From Candidatus Bathyarchaeia archaeon (lineage in GTDB: Archaea; Thermoproteota; Bathyarchaeia; Bathyarchaeales; Bathycorpusculaceae), in the NCBI GenBank assembly GCA_050012255.1, contig JBEKHN010000006.1, positions 1 through 64,000 of the forward strand: DNA of 64,000 bases, given 5' to 3'. This document shows positions 20,856 to 29,279 of this stretch, piece after piece. Both the position numbers and the translations under genes were made by a program. The notes under the pieces were generated by a model. That model was given only the letters and a program-made list of their open reading frames with translations, did not search any database and was not told where the DNA came from. Every line of letters begins with the position of its first letter. Positions within the stretch are counted from its first letter, which is position 1.

Positions 20856-21174
20856 GTTAAAAGCCACTGTACGGAAAATCACGGTTCCAACTCGGCACCA
20901 TGCTCGGCTTCAGAGTGGTTCCAGCCTGTCGGGGATCTTCGGCCCTTGCCAGTGGGTTGCGACAGAGTGATGTAGAAGACTAGGGCTCCCCCCGGTATTT
21001 CTGGCGGGTTTCTGTGGTTCCTTAGCTGGTTCCTTATGGTTTTTTTGTTTTTTTCTCGGCGCGCCCATTGTTTCCATTAGCCAATACTAATAGCGAACAA
21101 ACTACGTAGTTTGTCTCCATTGTTTGATGGAATTGTAGCATTATATTTATTAAGCTCAATAGTACGTTCTGTTT

Positions 21175-21740
21175 TCGTACGTTGTGCTTAAAGCAACAAC
21201 GTACAACATTGGCGGGCGACAAAATAAGCCTTACCTAGACAAAAGCCGTCTAAAACGCTTTAAAAGACATAAAGCGTTTTTACCTAAAAGGCGTTTAAGC
21301 TGTGCGGGCAATTTCCGACTCTATTAACCCTTAAACGGTTAGGTTATTCCGAGAACACAAAAATAGCCACAAAATAGGCGTTTGCAGTCAAACAACTTAC
21401 GCGCATTTTAGGCGAAACTTGTGCATTGTCGGCGGATTCCAGCCCTAGCATAAGGTTAAAAGTTGCCTAGACTGTCGGAGAAAACCTCTTTATGGAGAGG
21501 GCGTTTAACGGTCTTACCTCTTGACAGAGAAACCAAATAAAACCGCTAAAATGTGGTTTCACGTCTAAAATAGACGCATAAGCGAAAAACAGTTAAGATT
21601 TAGGCTGTTTTTCAAATAGGCGTTTCCTAATTCGCTGATTTTGTCGAAAGACCGTTGAAGCAGAATAAAGCCTATAAAATTTGATTCTAATTCAGACAGA
21701 CGCTTCTCTAAGCCGTTGTCCACAGTAATCTAGGGGCTTC
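21175..21740 (+). other. Hairpin-rich non-coding region (candidate ncRNA or ssDNA structure)
   Basis: Inverted repeats 21177-85/21196-204, 21252-61/21271-80, 21584-94/21603-13; recurrent AGGCGTTT; TTTATTAA box at ~21146. Confidence 0.45.
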
Positions 21741-21743
21741 TCT

Positions 21744-22070
21744 ATGTTGTATATAGCCAAATGTAGACGTTGCGGATACCTAGTGCACAATGAATCCTGT
21801 CCAGACCTTAAAGCTGACTTGAGTCGACACCTGAACGATTCGCACAGGGAAGGCTATGATTTTCCTCTGCATGTCACTATGAAGGACTATAAGGCTTCTT
21901 TCGTCATAACCACAATTCACGACGCTGAGGAAGTTGAAGGTATCCTATCCGTCATAAACAATCGTGGGTTTTGGGTGGCTATTCGTAGCCATCCACACCT
22001 AGAAAACACCCTTTTTTCTGGTTTGGGCAACGGGGAGTTTAAGCTCTTTCTGAAATCTGAACGGAACTAA
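21744..22070 (+). CDS. Hypothetical protein, N-terminal C2H2-like zinc site
   Basis: CRRC...HLNDSH. Confidence 0.65.
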   Translation: MLYIAKCRRCGYLVHNESCPDLKADLSRHLNDSHREGYDFPLHVTMKDYKASFVITTIHDAEEVEGILSVINNRGFWVAIRSHPHLENTLFSGLGNGEFKLFLKSERN

Positions 22071-22111
22071 CGCCGTAGAGGTTAGACTCTACACAAAAAG
22101 GAGAATATGTT

Positions 22112-22582
22112 ATGCCAAAACCACGCCAAGCTCAAACGGAAGCCGTTACTGTTCCCGCAGAGGACAGGCTAGAACTGCTAGAGGGTTTTGTGAACCTCGT
22201 TTCTGAACGATGGGGCTATCTGACAGCTCGCAGGCTGACTCAGAAGGACATGAACGAGAAGACCGCAACCGAATCTAAGGCGGCACGTGAGATTTCGAAG
22301 GCTATTGGTGAGAACGTGGAGAAGCTCATCAAGACACCTTCACAGGAAATCGCTAAGGTAGTCGTTGCCAAACGTGAAGCTCTCAAAGATGCACGGACGA
22401 CTCTGAAGGATGCCCGCAAGCCGTTCAACGAGAAGATGACACCTCTAGCCAGCATTATCAAATACTGTGACAGCGTGGCTATTCCCGACTCTCTGAAGGA
22501 GTTAGGACACCCCGTTGTCCCACGTTTCAGCCTGTCCGAATGGGCGCAGAAGGCGGTAGAGCAGACCAAGAAAAAGGCGTAA
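22112..22582 (+). CDS. Hypothetical coiled-coil protein
   Basis: 156-aa ORF with AGGAG SD, followed by CCC-polyT. Confidence 0.7.
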   Translation: MPKPRQAQTEAVTVPAEDRLELLEGFVNLVSERWGYLTARRLTQKDMNEKTATESKAAREISKAIGENVEKLIKTPSQEIAKVVVAKREALKDARTTLKDARKPFNEKMTPLASIIKYCDSVAIPDSLKELGHPVVPRFSLSEWAQKAVEQTKKKA

Positions 22583-22624
22583 GCTCTGTTTCTTGGCAAA
22601 CCCCTTTTCCCCTTTTTTCTACTT

Positions 22625-23225
22625 GCTAGAGTCAGAGTGAGTAATCACCTGACGGCATAGAAAGGCTACCTCCACGAGCAAATATCCATTCAGACAGACT
22701 AAAGAGCTTGCAATAATGTGGGTTCTCTAAAAGCCTAGTTCCCAGCCATAACCTCGTATGCGTCACCTAATTAACCCGTTACTTGTTAATGGCTTCTGAT
22801 TAGATAGAGGACGTTGGGGTTATGACGGCTGGAGATAAACCCACGTCAAAGACTTGCGTCTATGCTGTTCGCCCTAAAGGTCTGTCTAGTGTTATGACCG
22901 CCGCCTGTATGGGAAACAGGCACCACCCCAATGTAGAACACTGGACAGGTAACCGACTAGGACACCAACCGACCTTAAAGCTAATGTTTTAAGGTGATGG
23001 TAGGGCTCTCTTTTAGAGGTGATTGGCGGGGAAGCCAGTGACAAAAGAGGGATAGCCTGTTGAAACACAAAACAGAAGCCTCTTTACGTTTTGCCGCATG
23101 CTTGTAAGAGCCACCCCCAAATTCATTGTCTTGCAAGCCCTCAATTTGAGTAGGCAAACGCAGGCAGCCATGCGAAGTGATTTGCACGGTAAGGAAAAGG
23201 GGCAGGGTTAGCGTAGACGCTACAA
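22625..23225 (+). ncRNA. Candidate ~600-nt structured RNA of unknown class
   Basis: Nested helices seen by eye: GNRA hairpin 22631-53; 22718-24/22838-44; 22742-55/22816-32; 22884-93/22937-46; further helices to ~23222; no plus-strand ORF. Confidence 0.6.
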
Positions 23226-23246
23226 TGCTTTCTGGGGTGAAATGAA

Positions 23247-23372
23247 ATGGGAATAATAAGCCCACAACAGCTGTATGACGACCCGAAGCTCTGGCTGTCG
23301 GTAGACCACCAATTCCACAGTGTGCTAGGGAAGCTGATGGAAAAACTGTTTCCCGATTGGTCGGGAAACTGA
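23247..23372 (+). CDS. Small hypothetical protein (41 aa)
   Basis: MGIISPQQLYDDPKLW... preceded by GGGGTG at 23234. Confidence 0.45.
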   Translation: MGIISPQQLYDDPKLWLSVDHQFHSVLGKLMEKLFPDWSGN

Positions 23373-23512
23373 ATGCCATCGGGTGCCATTGCCTACTGTG
23401 CGATGGTCAAGAGCTTGTTCCCTGCACAAGCGGAGATGGCAAGAAGGGCCTGATTACAGGCTGGGTTGAAAAACCAGAGAAATTGCTGAACATACGAGAT
23501 GTAACCAAATAG
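23357..23512 (+). CDS. Small Cys-containing hypothetical protein (51 aa)
   Basis: ...GCHCLLCDGQELVPC...; stop abuts the next array leader; start uncertain. Confidence 0.4.
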   Translation: MVGKLNAIGCHCLLCDGQELVPCTSGDGKKGLITGWVEKPEKLLNIRDVTK

Positions 23513-23542
23513 CCCTCTTTTTTCTGTTCTGGGGTGTTCACG

Positions 23543-23695
23543 TTGAAGTATCAAGTGATTTTCACCGCAGGCTACGAAATTGATGCAAAGAACAAGAAAC
23601 AAGCCGAGGAAAAGGCGAAACTTGAGTTTGCCAAAGAATTGATAGAAGAAGGAGCAAAACGTTTTCTCGTAGACGTCATCCCGCTGAAGGGTTGA
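23543..23695 (+). CDS. Small hypothetical protein (50 aa, absent from ORF track)
   Basis: MKYQVIFTAGYEIDAKNKKQAEEKAK...; TTG after GGGGTG; TGA overlaps ligase ATG. Confidence 0.65.
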   Translation: MKYQVIFTAGYEIDAKNKKQAEEKAKLEFAKELIEEGAKRFLVDVIPLKG

Positions 23696-24693
23696 TGCAG
23701 ATGTATGTAAAGCCAATGCTGTGCCAAGAACTTGTAGTCAATGGAATACTTGAAAACAACGGACTTGACGGAGAAAAGGTGACTGCAGCATACAGGAAAG
23801 CCATAGCGGAAGCACTTCGAAAGCTAATGGCAAGAAAGTTCGTCTCCGAGAGGAAAGCTACCTGAATAGCCCTCAGATGGGACGGCACGAGAGTTCTTGT
23901 CATCAACGAAGACGGAACAATAATTCTGCAGAACCGCAACGGAATCATCTACACTATAAGGCTACCCGACATTGTAAAGCCGCTGAAAGCAATTCCTGGC
24001 AGGTGGAAGCTCGATGGCGAAGTAGTCTTCATAAGCCCTAAAACTGGGGAAGAAATGTTCACGCCCTGCCAACGCCGCTGCAGTACCCAGTATCCTGACC
24101 CATATCTTCGAGAGCAGTTTCCCGTCAAATTTGAGGTTTTCGACCTTTTAGAAGCTGGCGGATCCAATGTTGAACGGGAGCCCTACTATAAACGCAAGGA
24201 CAGGTTATACACGCTCTTGACGGTGAATACAGATGGCGACGTTGTAGAGTACGTGCCGTATGACAGCAACCTTCCAGAAGCATGGGAAGAAGCGGTCAAG
24301 CAAGACCGTGAAGGCTTAATCGTGAAACAACTCGAAAGCCCGTACGAAGAGGGCGACAGATCTTTCAACTGGCTCAAGGTAAAAAACTGGAGATTTGAAC
24401 GCTGCAATGTAGTCGGTTTTACAGCTGGCGAAAGAGCCCGCAGCCATTTCTTCGGCAGCCTTGTACTCGAGCAGAACGGCCAGTTTAGAGGATGCGCCGG
24501 CAGCGGGTTCAACGGGTGGGAACTGCGGCGTTTCAAAGACATGTTTTCAGATGCGCCAAGGGTGCCGAAGCCTTACAGTGATGAGCAAGTAGGCGAGCCC
24601 TATACAGCCGTCAAAGTCAACATTCAAGTTCTCGTGAAGTACTATCAAATCACAGAAAACAAAGTGTTTCGGTTCCCGATATTCATAGCCTAA
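23695..24693 (+). CDS. ATP-dependent DNA ligase (325 aa after removal of the 21-nt intron)
   Basis: KPML; motif I ERK[intron]WDGTR; LDGEVV; FEVFDLL; EGLIVK; WLKVK; OB-fold GSG...RFP. Confidence 0.9.
23856..23876 (+). other. Bulge-helix-bulge (BHB) intron, 21 nt, in ligase mRNA
   Basis: GAGG/CCTC 4-bp helix with AAA and AGA 3-nt bulges, inner GCTA/TAGC stem; in-frame TGA at 23863; excision restores AAA TGG. Confidence 0.82.
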
Positions 24694-24725
24694 ATCCCTT
24701 CTTTTTTCCTATTTGGGGTGTTACA

Positions 24726-24968
24726 ATGGCAATGCGAGGAAAACACACCAAGAAATTCAGGGACGAGCAAGCAGAAAACGATAGCTTCGTAAGACTTGTT
24801 GGTGGAGTCAAGAGAGCTGATCGTATGCAGCAAATCTGGAATATGAGTTATCCTCAAGGTAACTGCGGTATGTTGAAGGGAAAAAGCAAGGAAGAAGTCT
24901 TCCGCGAGAAGGCGAAAGCAGAGGGCTTCACAGACATATAGGTTAACAGGTTCTTAGACCTACCATAA
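24726..24968 (+). CDS. Hypothetical protein with probable premature TAG at 24939
   Basis: Frame continues VNRFLDLP to TAA 24968, next to the following leader. Confidence 0.55.
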
Positions 24969-25001
24969 TCTCTTTCCCTTTTTTTCTGTCGGGGTGTAAT
25001 A

Positions 25002-25802
25002 TTGCCCACATCAACGATATGGCTGAAAATAGGAAACGCAGACGTAAGAGTGTACAAGCAGAAAGTCGGCAACGCCCTGATGGTCAAAGAACCCGAATTG
25101 GTCATGCAGATAGATGACAAGCCTGTGAACAATGTTCGGATTGTGGACCAGTGCCAGTGGGTCCGCGCAGGCACAGGCGAATCATTGACGGTTGAAACCA
25201 CTTTGAAAGACGCCAAAGGAGAGCAGATACCGATCTCAGAAGGAATGTGCATCCTTCAACACTACAAAAGCATTGTTCTCAACGAGAAAGCCGAACAAGT
25301 GGAAAAGAAGAAGATTCGATTCTACCTCTTGAACCCTGACGGCAGCATCGGAGACGAGGTAGCACCGTACCCGCCCACGGAGCGGATCGAGGTCAAAGAG
25401 GACGCCTCAGAAGCCAAGGAGCCCGGAGCCGCCTACTGGATTCCGTCAACAGTCATCGAAGGGTTCTTGATAACTGAAGAGTACGAGCTGCCCGTAGCTG
25501 ACCCTCGCAACGATCCTAAGGTATGGAAGGAAGCCGAAGACGCAGCCAAACGCGATGAGATAGCGATAACCACATACTCGAACGGTGGTTTCACACTCTA
25601 CTACGCTTTTTTGGTGCCTTTTTTCACGGAAGGACAGTTTGAGTGGTTGCTGAGGATCAGCAACAAGAAGGTAGAGCACCGTTGCTTGCACGACATACCG
25701 GCGCCTACACCTGTGCCTATTCGCCCGGTGAAGACACTCGAGACTCTGCCTCCGATTCAAGCCCTGCTGACCGTGCCGACGTCGAAAAAGAAGAAGCAAT
25801 AA
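25002..25802 (+). CDS. Divergent Ku-like DNA end-binding protein (putative)
   Basis: By-eye match to prokaryotic Ku core: TERIEVKE...WIPSTVIEGFLITEEYELP...VWKEAEDAAKRDEIAITTYSNGGFTLYYAFLVP; basic C-terminal tail. Confidence 0.55.
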   Translation: MPTSTIWLKIGNADVRVYKQKVGNALMVKEPELVMQIDDKPVNNVRIVDQCQWVRAGTGESLTVETTLKDAKGEQIPISEGMCILQHYKSIVLNEKAEQVEKKKIRFYLLNPDGSIGDEVAPYPPTERIEVKEDASEAKEPGAAYWIPSTVIEGFLITEEYELPVADPRNDPKVWKEAEDAAKRDEIAITTYSNGGFTLYYAFLVPFFTEGQFEWLLRISNKKVEHRCLHDIPAPTPVPIRPVKTLETLPPIQALLTVPTSKKKKQ

Positions 25803-25852
25803 AAGCCTAAAACTTCCCTCTTTTTTCTGTTTGGGGTGTCATCATAAAGCAG

Positions 25853-26452
25853 TTGACATTATCCAGAGATATCAGCATCAGCGGAAACTCTAAGCAGATA
25901 GCGAAGGCAAAGAAGATTCTGAGCCCTATGCTGAATCGCCTTGAGACGCTGAACGTGGTGCAAGCAAGACTGAGTCTCCAGGACGCCATCGACGACAACA
26001 CTCTGTACGCATCTATTCTGTTCAGAGGACAGGTGGTGTGGGGCAGAAAAAGAATCACAAACAATCTCAAGCGCATAATCGCAAGAGGCCAGCTCTACGG
26101 GAACAAACAGGTCAAGTGGATGCGTGTGAACCCAAACATTTGCTTACCATCCGTGCCGCAAGATTTCAAGCCGATACTTTCCGAGTACTTCTATCAGTTC
26201 TTAACCATGTGCTGCGGCAGCAACCCGCATTACAGTCGCGCCGGCTGGATAGGCATCTACCCAACCTTAGCCGATCTGAAACGATTCTTCATGAAGAACG
26301 AGCACGGCAAGCAGGTGTCCGACTATGTCCCGGACTGGAAAGCAGACGCACAAAGAGTGGTGGAAGACATCGAACGCATGCTCTACCCCTTCCGAAGCTA
26401 CCTAAAAGCCAAAGAAAAAGAAGAAGCACGTCGACAACACCGCATACGTTGA
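25853..26452 (+). CDS. Hypothetical protein, paralogue A
   Basis: LSEYFYQFLTMCCGSNPHYSRAGW shared with the next gene. Confidence 0.75.
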   Translation: MTLSRDISISGNSKQIAKAKKILSPMLNRLETLNVVQARLSLQDAIDDNTLYASILFRGQVVWGRKRITNNLKRIIARGQLYGNKQVKWMRVNPNICLPSVPQDFKPILSEYFYQFLTMCCGSNPHYSRAGWIGIYPTLADLKRFFMKNEHGKQVSDYVPDWKADAQRVVEDIERMLYPFRSYLKAKEKEEARRQHRIR

Positions 26453-26486
26453 AGCTCCCTCTCCTTTTTCTCCTTGGGGTGAAACA

Positions 26487-27080
26487 TTGGAGAAAACATT
26501 GCTCGGCGGTCCAGCGTCATTTCGAGATCACGCACGAATCCGGATCATAGGAAAAAAGGCTGACGTGGAAAAGGCCGAAACAGCATTAAAAGCTATTGCC
26601 GATTTACAGTCTCTTCCCGAGCCTAAGGCTCGCTTAGAGATCCAGAGGATAATTGAAGAACAGGATTTGAAGGCACACATATTATTTGACGGAAACACCG
26701 TTTGGAACACGAAACCTATTCTCGCAAATCTGAAGAGAATAATGGAGCACGGAACACTCTACAACGGAAAAAAACCAGCTTACGTTCCGATAGGCAGCAT
26801 GTTACGCATGCCAGTTGTTGGGGAATGCATACTCTCCGACTACTTCTACGATTTCCTGCACCTAGAATGCGGAAGCATAGCACACTACAGCAAGCAGGGC
26901 TGGGTGACCGAGTACCCGACTGTTGAGGATCTCAAAGCATTCTTTCAGAAAAACGAGTTCGGCAAAAGAGTCTTAGACAACATTCCAGGTTGGATGACTG
27001 ATGCCAAGAGAGTTGTCGAGGAGATTGAACAGATGCTGTTTCCGCTCCGGAGTTTCATTAAAAGCAAGCAGAACGCTTAA
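26487..27080 (+). CDS. Hypothetical protein, paralogue B
   Basis: LSDYFYDFLHLECGSIAHYSKQGW. Confidence 0.75.
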   Translation: MEKTLLGGPASFRDHARIRIIGKKADVEKAETALKAIADLQSLPEPKARLEIQRIIEEQDLKAHILFDGNTVWNTKPILANLKRIMEHGTLYNGKKPAYVPIGSMLRMPVVGECILSDYFYDFLHLECGSIAHYSKQGWVTEYPTVEDLKAFFQKNEFGKRVLDNIPGWMTDAKRVVEEIEQMLFPLRSFIKSKQNA

Positions 27081-27108
27081 TCCCTTTTTTTCTGTTTGGG
27101 GTGTCCCT

Positions 27109-27480
27109 ATGGGAGCTACATCAGTAAAAGTCGCAAGGATTCCGAATTGTGACTTCTGCAAAATGGACGGCGTAGACAGACCAGCGAAATATGATGGCAG
27201 GACTGAAGCGGGACCTTGGGCTAATATGTGTCAGGAACACTTTGGCCAGCATGGTGTGGGCTTAGGCGAAGGCAGAGGGCAAATGCTTGAGCTCCAACCG
27301 AAACTCACGGCCAAGAAATCCAATGAGGTCCCGACTGTTGAAGTGCCGCTGAGTCTTGACGATGCTTGCGAGGTCCAGTGTCCTCACTGTGGCGAGAGCA
27401 GAACCGTAGAACCTGACGCAAACTACGTTGTGACCTGTGAAGGCTGCGGCAACAAATATGAGGTCGCATCGGCAATCTGA
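27109..27480 (+). CDS. Zinc-binding hypothetical protein
   Basis: CDFC...YDGRT..GPWANMCQEH and CPHC...CEGC; ATG 27109 after leader. Confidence 0.75.
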   Translation: MGATSVKVARIPNCDFCKMDGVDRPAKYDGRTEAGPWANMCQEHFGQHGVGLGEGRGQMLELQPKLTAKKSNEVPTVEVPLSLDDACEVQCPHCGESRTVEPDANYVVTCEGCGNKYEVASAI

Positions 27481-27522
27481 GCAAACAATCTTAAATTCTC
27501 TTTTTTCTGTTTGGGGTGTAAA

Positions 27523-28587
27523 ATGAAACAGTTATTTCCAGAAGACGACACAAAACCACACTTTTCACTGAAGGAAATGCGGCCAATACCTGCTGCAAAG
27601 GGACCTAAGAGAGCACTGCTTGAACTTATGGACGAAGTTGAAATGAAAATACATCATTTCAGGAAAGAATGCTGGAACATAACAATAGAGCTCCTAGCCG
27701 ACTATCTAGGGTTAATGTCGAACCCTTGGAAATACAGTCTCCCAGACGCAAAATGGGCGGGACCGATAAGTAAACCAAGCTATCACGGTCTCCAGCAACT
27801 CAAGGGACAGGTTCCAACAAACCTGATAGAACAGTATGTTAAGGAAGCCAAAGCCAAACCGTGGGACTACCCCGGCGAAATCTTCATCGAAGAGGAATTG
27901 GCAGGCAGAAGTAACAGGCTGGGACAAATGCTGACACCTAAGCAGATAGTAGATTTTATGATAAAGACACTAAACATTGGGCAAATAAAACAGAATGCTT
28001 TCGGAAGGCCCGATGAGAGGACCGAGGCTTGGCTGAGTGTTGAAGCATTGGCTTATGAACATGCCCTGTCTAAGCTGTCAAGAGGTCTTCTCACGGAACA
28101 TCAGCACCACAGACGCATTGTAGATGTTGAACCAGTATGGGAAAAGTACACTATAAAGCCTCAAACCGTGCTAGAACCTGCGGTTGGTACAGGCCGATTT
28201 CTGATTGAAGCAACTGTACTGGAGCCCAAGGCACCTATGGTGTTGTTCGGAATTGAAATAGACCTCTCACTTTATCGTGCATGCCTTGTAAACATGGCAA
28301 TGTTCAGCAATCATCCATACAGCATAGTGTGTGCGGACACGCTGATGGTCGCCCCGCCTTTTTGTGGTCCGGGAAGCAAGCTCTGGGACTACGGCAATCA
28401 GTGGGATCCTCCGGACATCTCTATGTTTTATTGGAAACCAACACCGCCATTCAAGTTCTCACTGGCAGAATTGGCAAAGACAAGAAAGGAACAACCACTT
28501 GGACCACAACAAGTAGCAATCATGCCTGAAACACCGCCGGCATTCTCTCTTGCACAGTTTGTAAAAGCGAAAAAGAAGCAGACGTAA
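27523..28587 (+). CDS. N-6 DNA methyltransferase-like (HsdM-type SAM-binding part)
   Basis: GQMLTPKQIVDFM, VLEPAVGTGRFL, LFGIEID...ACLVNM, CADTL. Confidence 0.75.
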   Translation: MKQLFPEDDTKPHFSLKEMRPIPAAKGPKRALLELMDEVEMKIHHFRKECWNITIELLADYLGLMSNPWKYSLPDAKWAGPISKPSYHGLQQLKGQVPTNLIEQYVKEAKAKPWDYPGEIFIEEELAGRSNRLGQMLTPKQIVDFMIKTLNIGQIKQNAFGRPDERTEAWLSVEALAYEHALSKLSRGLLTEHQHHRRIVDVEPVWEKYTIKPQTVLEPAVGTGRFLIEATVLEPKAPMVLFGIEIDLSLYRACLVNMAMFSNHPYSIVCADTLMVAPPFCGPGSKLWDYGNQWDPPDISMFYWKPTPPFKFSLAELAKTRKEQPLGPQQVAIMPETPPAFSLAQFVKAKKKQT

Positions 28588-28623
28588 ATCCCTCTTTTTT
28601 CTATTCTGGGGTGTAATGTTGGA

Positions 28624-29247
28624 ATGGTTGAGCATCTCTTGGAAGTGATACAGAGGCCTCACGTTCTGCGTGACCGAGTTCATCCGCAAAGGGAATCGAA
28701 TGTAACCCAGCCATCGAAGACGTCACAGAATCTTCAGTACCTCTTGGATCGTGTCAGGATGCGCAAATGGGTCTATGCAGTGCACGATGATTTGATGGAA
28801 GCCATCATTGAACTTCGACATGAAGTGAAGTTTATCGAGCATCTGCCGGGCTGCTGGCTCTGGAAAATGGAGCTCCAGCTGGACGTGGAGCGGTACTGTG
28901 GAAACCATTCATTCTGGTATGTGGGTCTTGAAAACAGCGAGTACCTGGAAAGACGATATCGCAGCTGTCCCAAGGAGCGGAACTACGTGATACCATCGTA
29001 CTGGGAGCAGCTTCAGTACTACAGAGAGCACGGCAGCCTAGACAGCATGGAAAACACAACGGTGCAGTTCATTCTTGACAGGGCAAAATGGGCTTACAGG
29101 ATCTGTGGAAAACAGATAAGGCTGGCCAGACGATTACTCCGCATGGTGAGAAACTGGAATTTCAGTGACCCTAACATGATCTGCGAATTCAACAGAATAT
29201 ACGAACGCCTAGGAATGTACGATGTAGCCCTTCCCTTCGAAGTCTAA
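28624..29247 (+). CDS. Hypothetical protein
   Basis: 207-aa ORF in array; start uncertain. Confidence 0.6.
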   Translation: MVEHLLEVIQRPHVLRDRVHPQRESNVTQPSKTSQNLQYLLDRVRMRKWVYAVHDDLMEAIIELRHEVKFIEHLPGCWLWKMELQLDVERYCGNHSFWYVGLENSEYLERRYRSCPKERNYVIPSYWEQLQYYREHGSLDSMENTTVQFILDRAKWAYRICGKQIRLARRLLRMVRNWNFSDPNMICEFNRIYERLGMYDVALPFEV

Positions 29248-29279
29248 CCCTTCCCACTTTTTCTATCGGGGTGAAACAC

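Noticed and set aside
22625-23225. Group I or II intron, RNase P or SRP RNA
   Set aside because: TCAGACAGACTA resembles a group I R element but I found no matching S element or interrupted exon; no GUGYG/domain V, RNase P P4 or SRP helix 8 motif seen
23334-23383. Second BHB intron at hairpin GTTTCCCGA-TTGG-TCGGGAAAC
   Set aside because: Perfect hairpin, but the flanking segments cannot form the 4-bp central helix with two 3-nt bulges
23863-23865. Selenocysteine or stop read-through of the TGA in the ligase
   Set aside because: Read-through would leave 7 extra residues between K and xDG and break motif I; BHB excision restores it exactly
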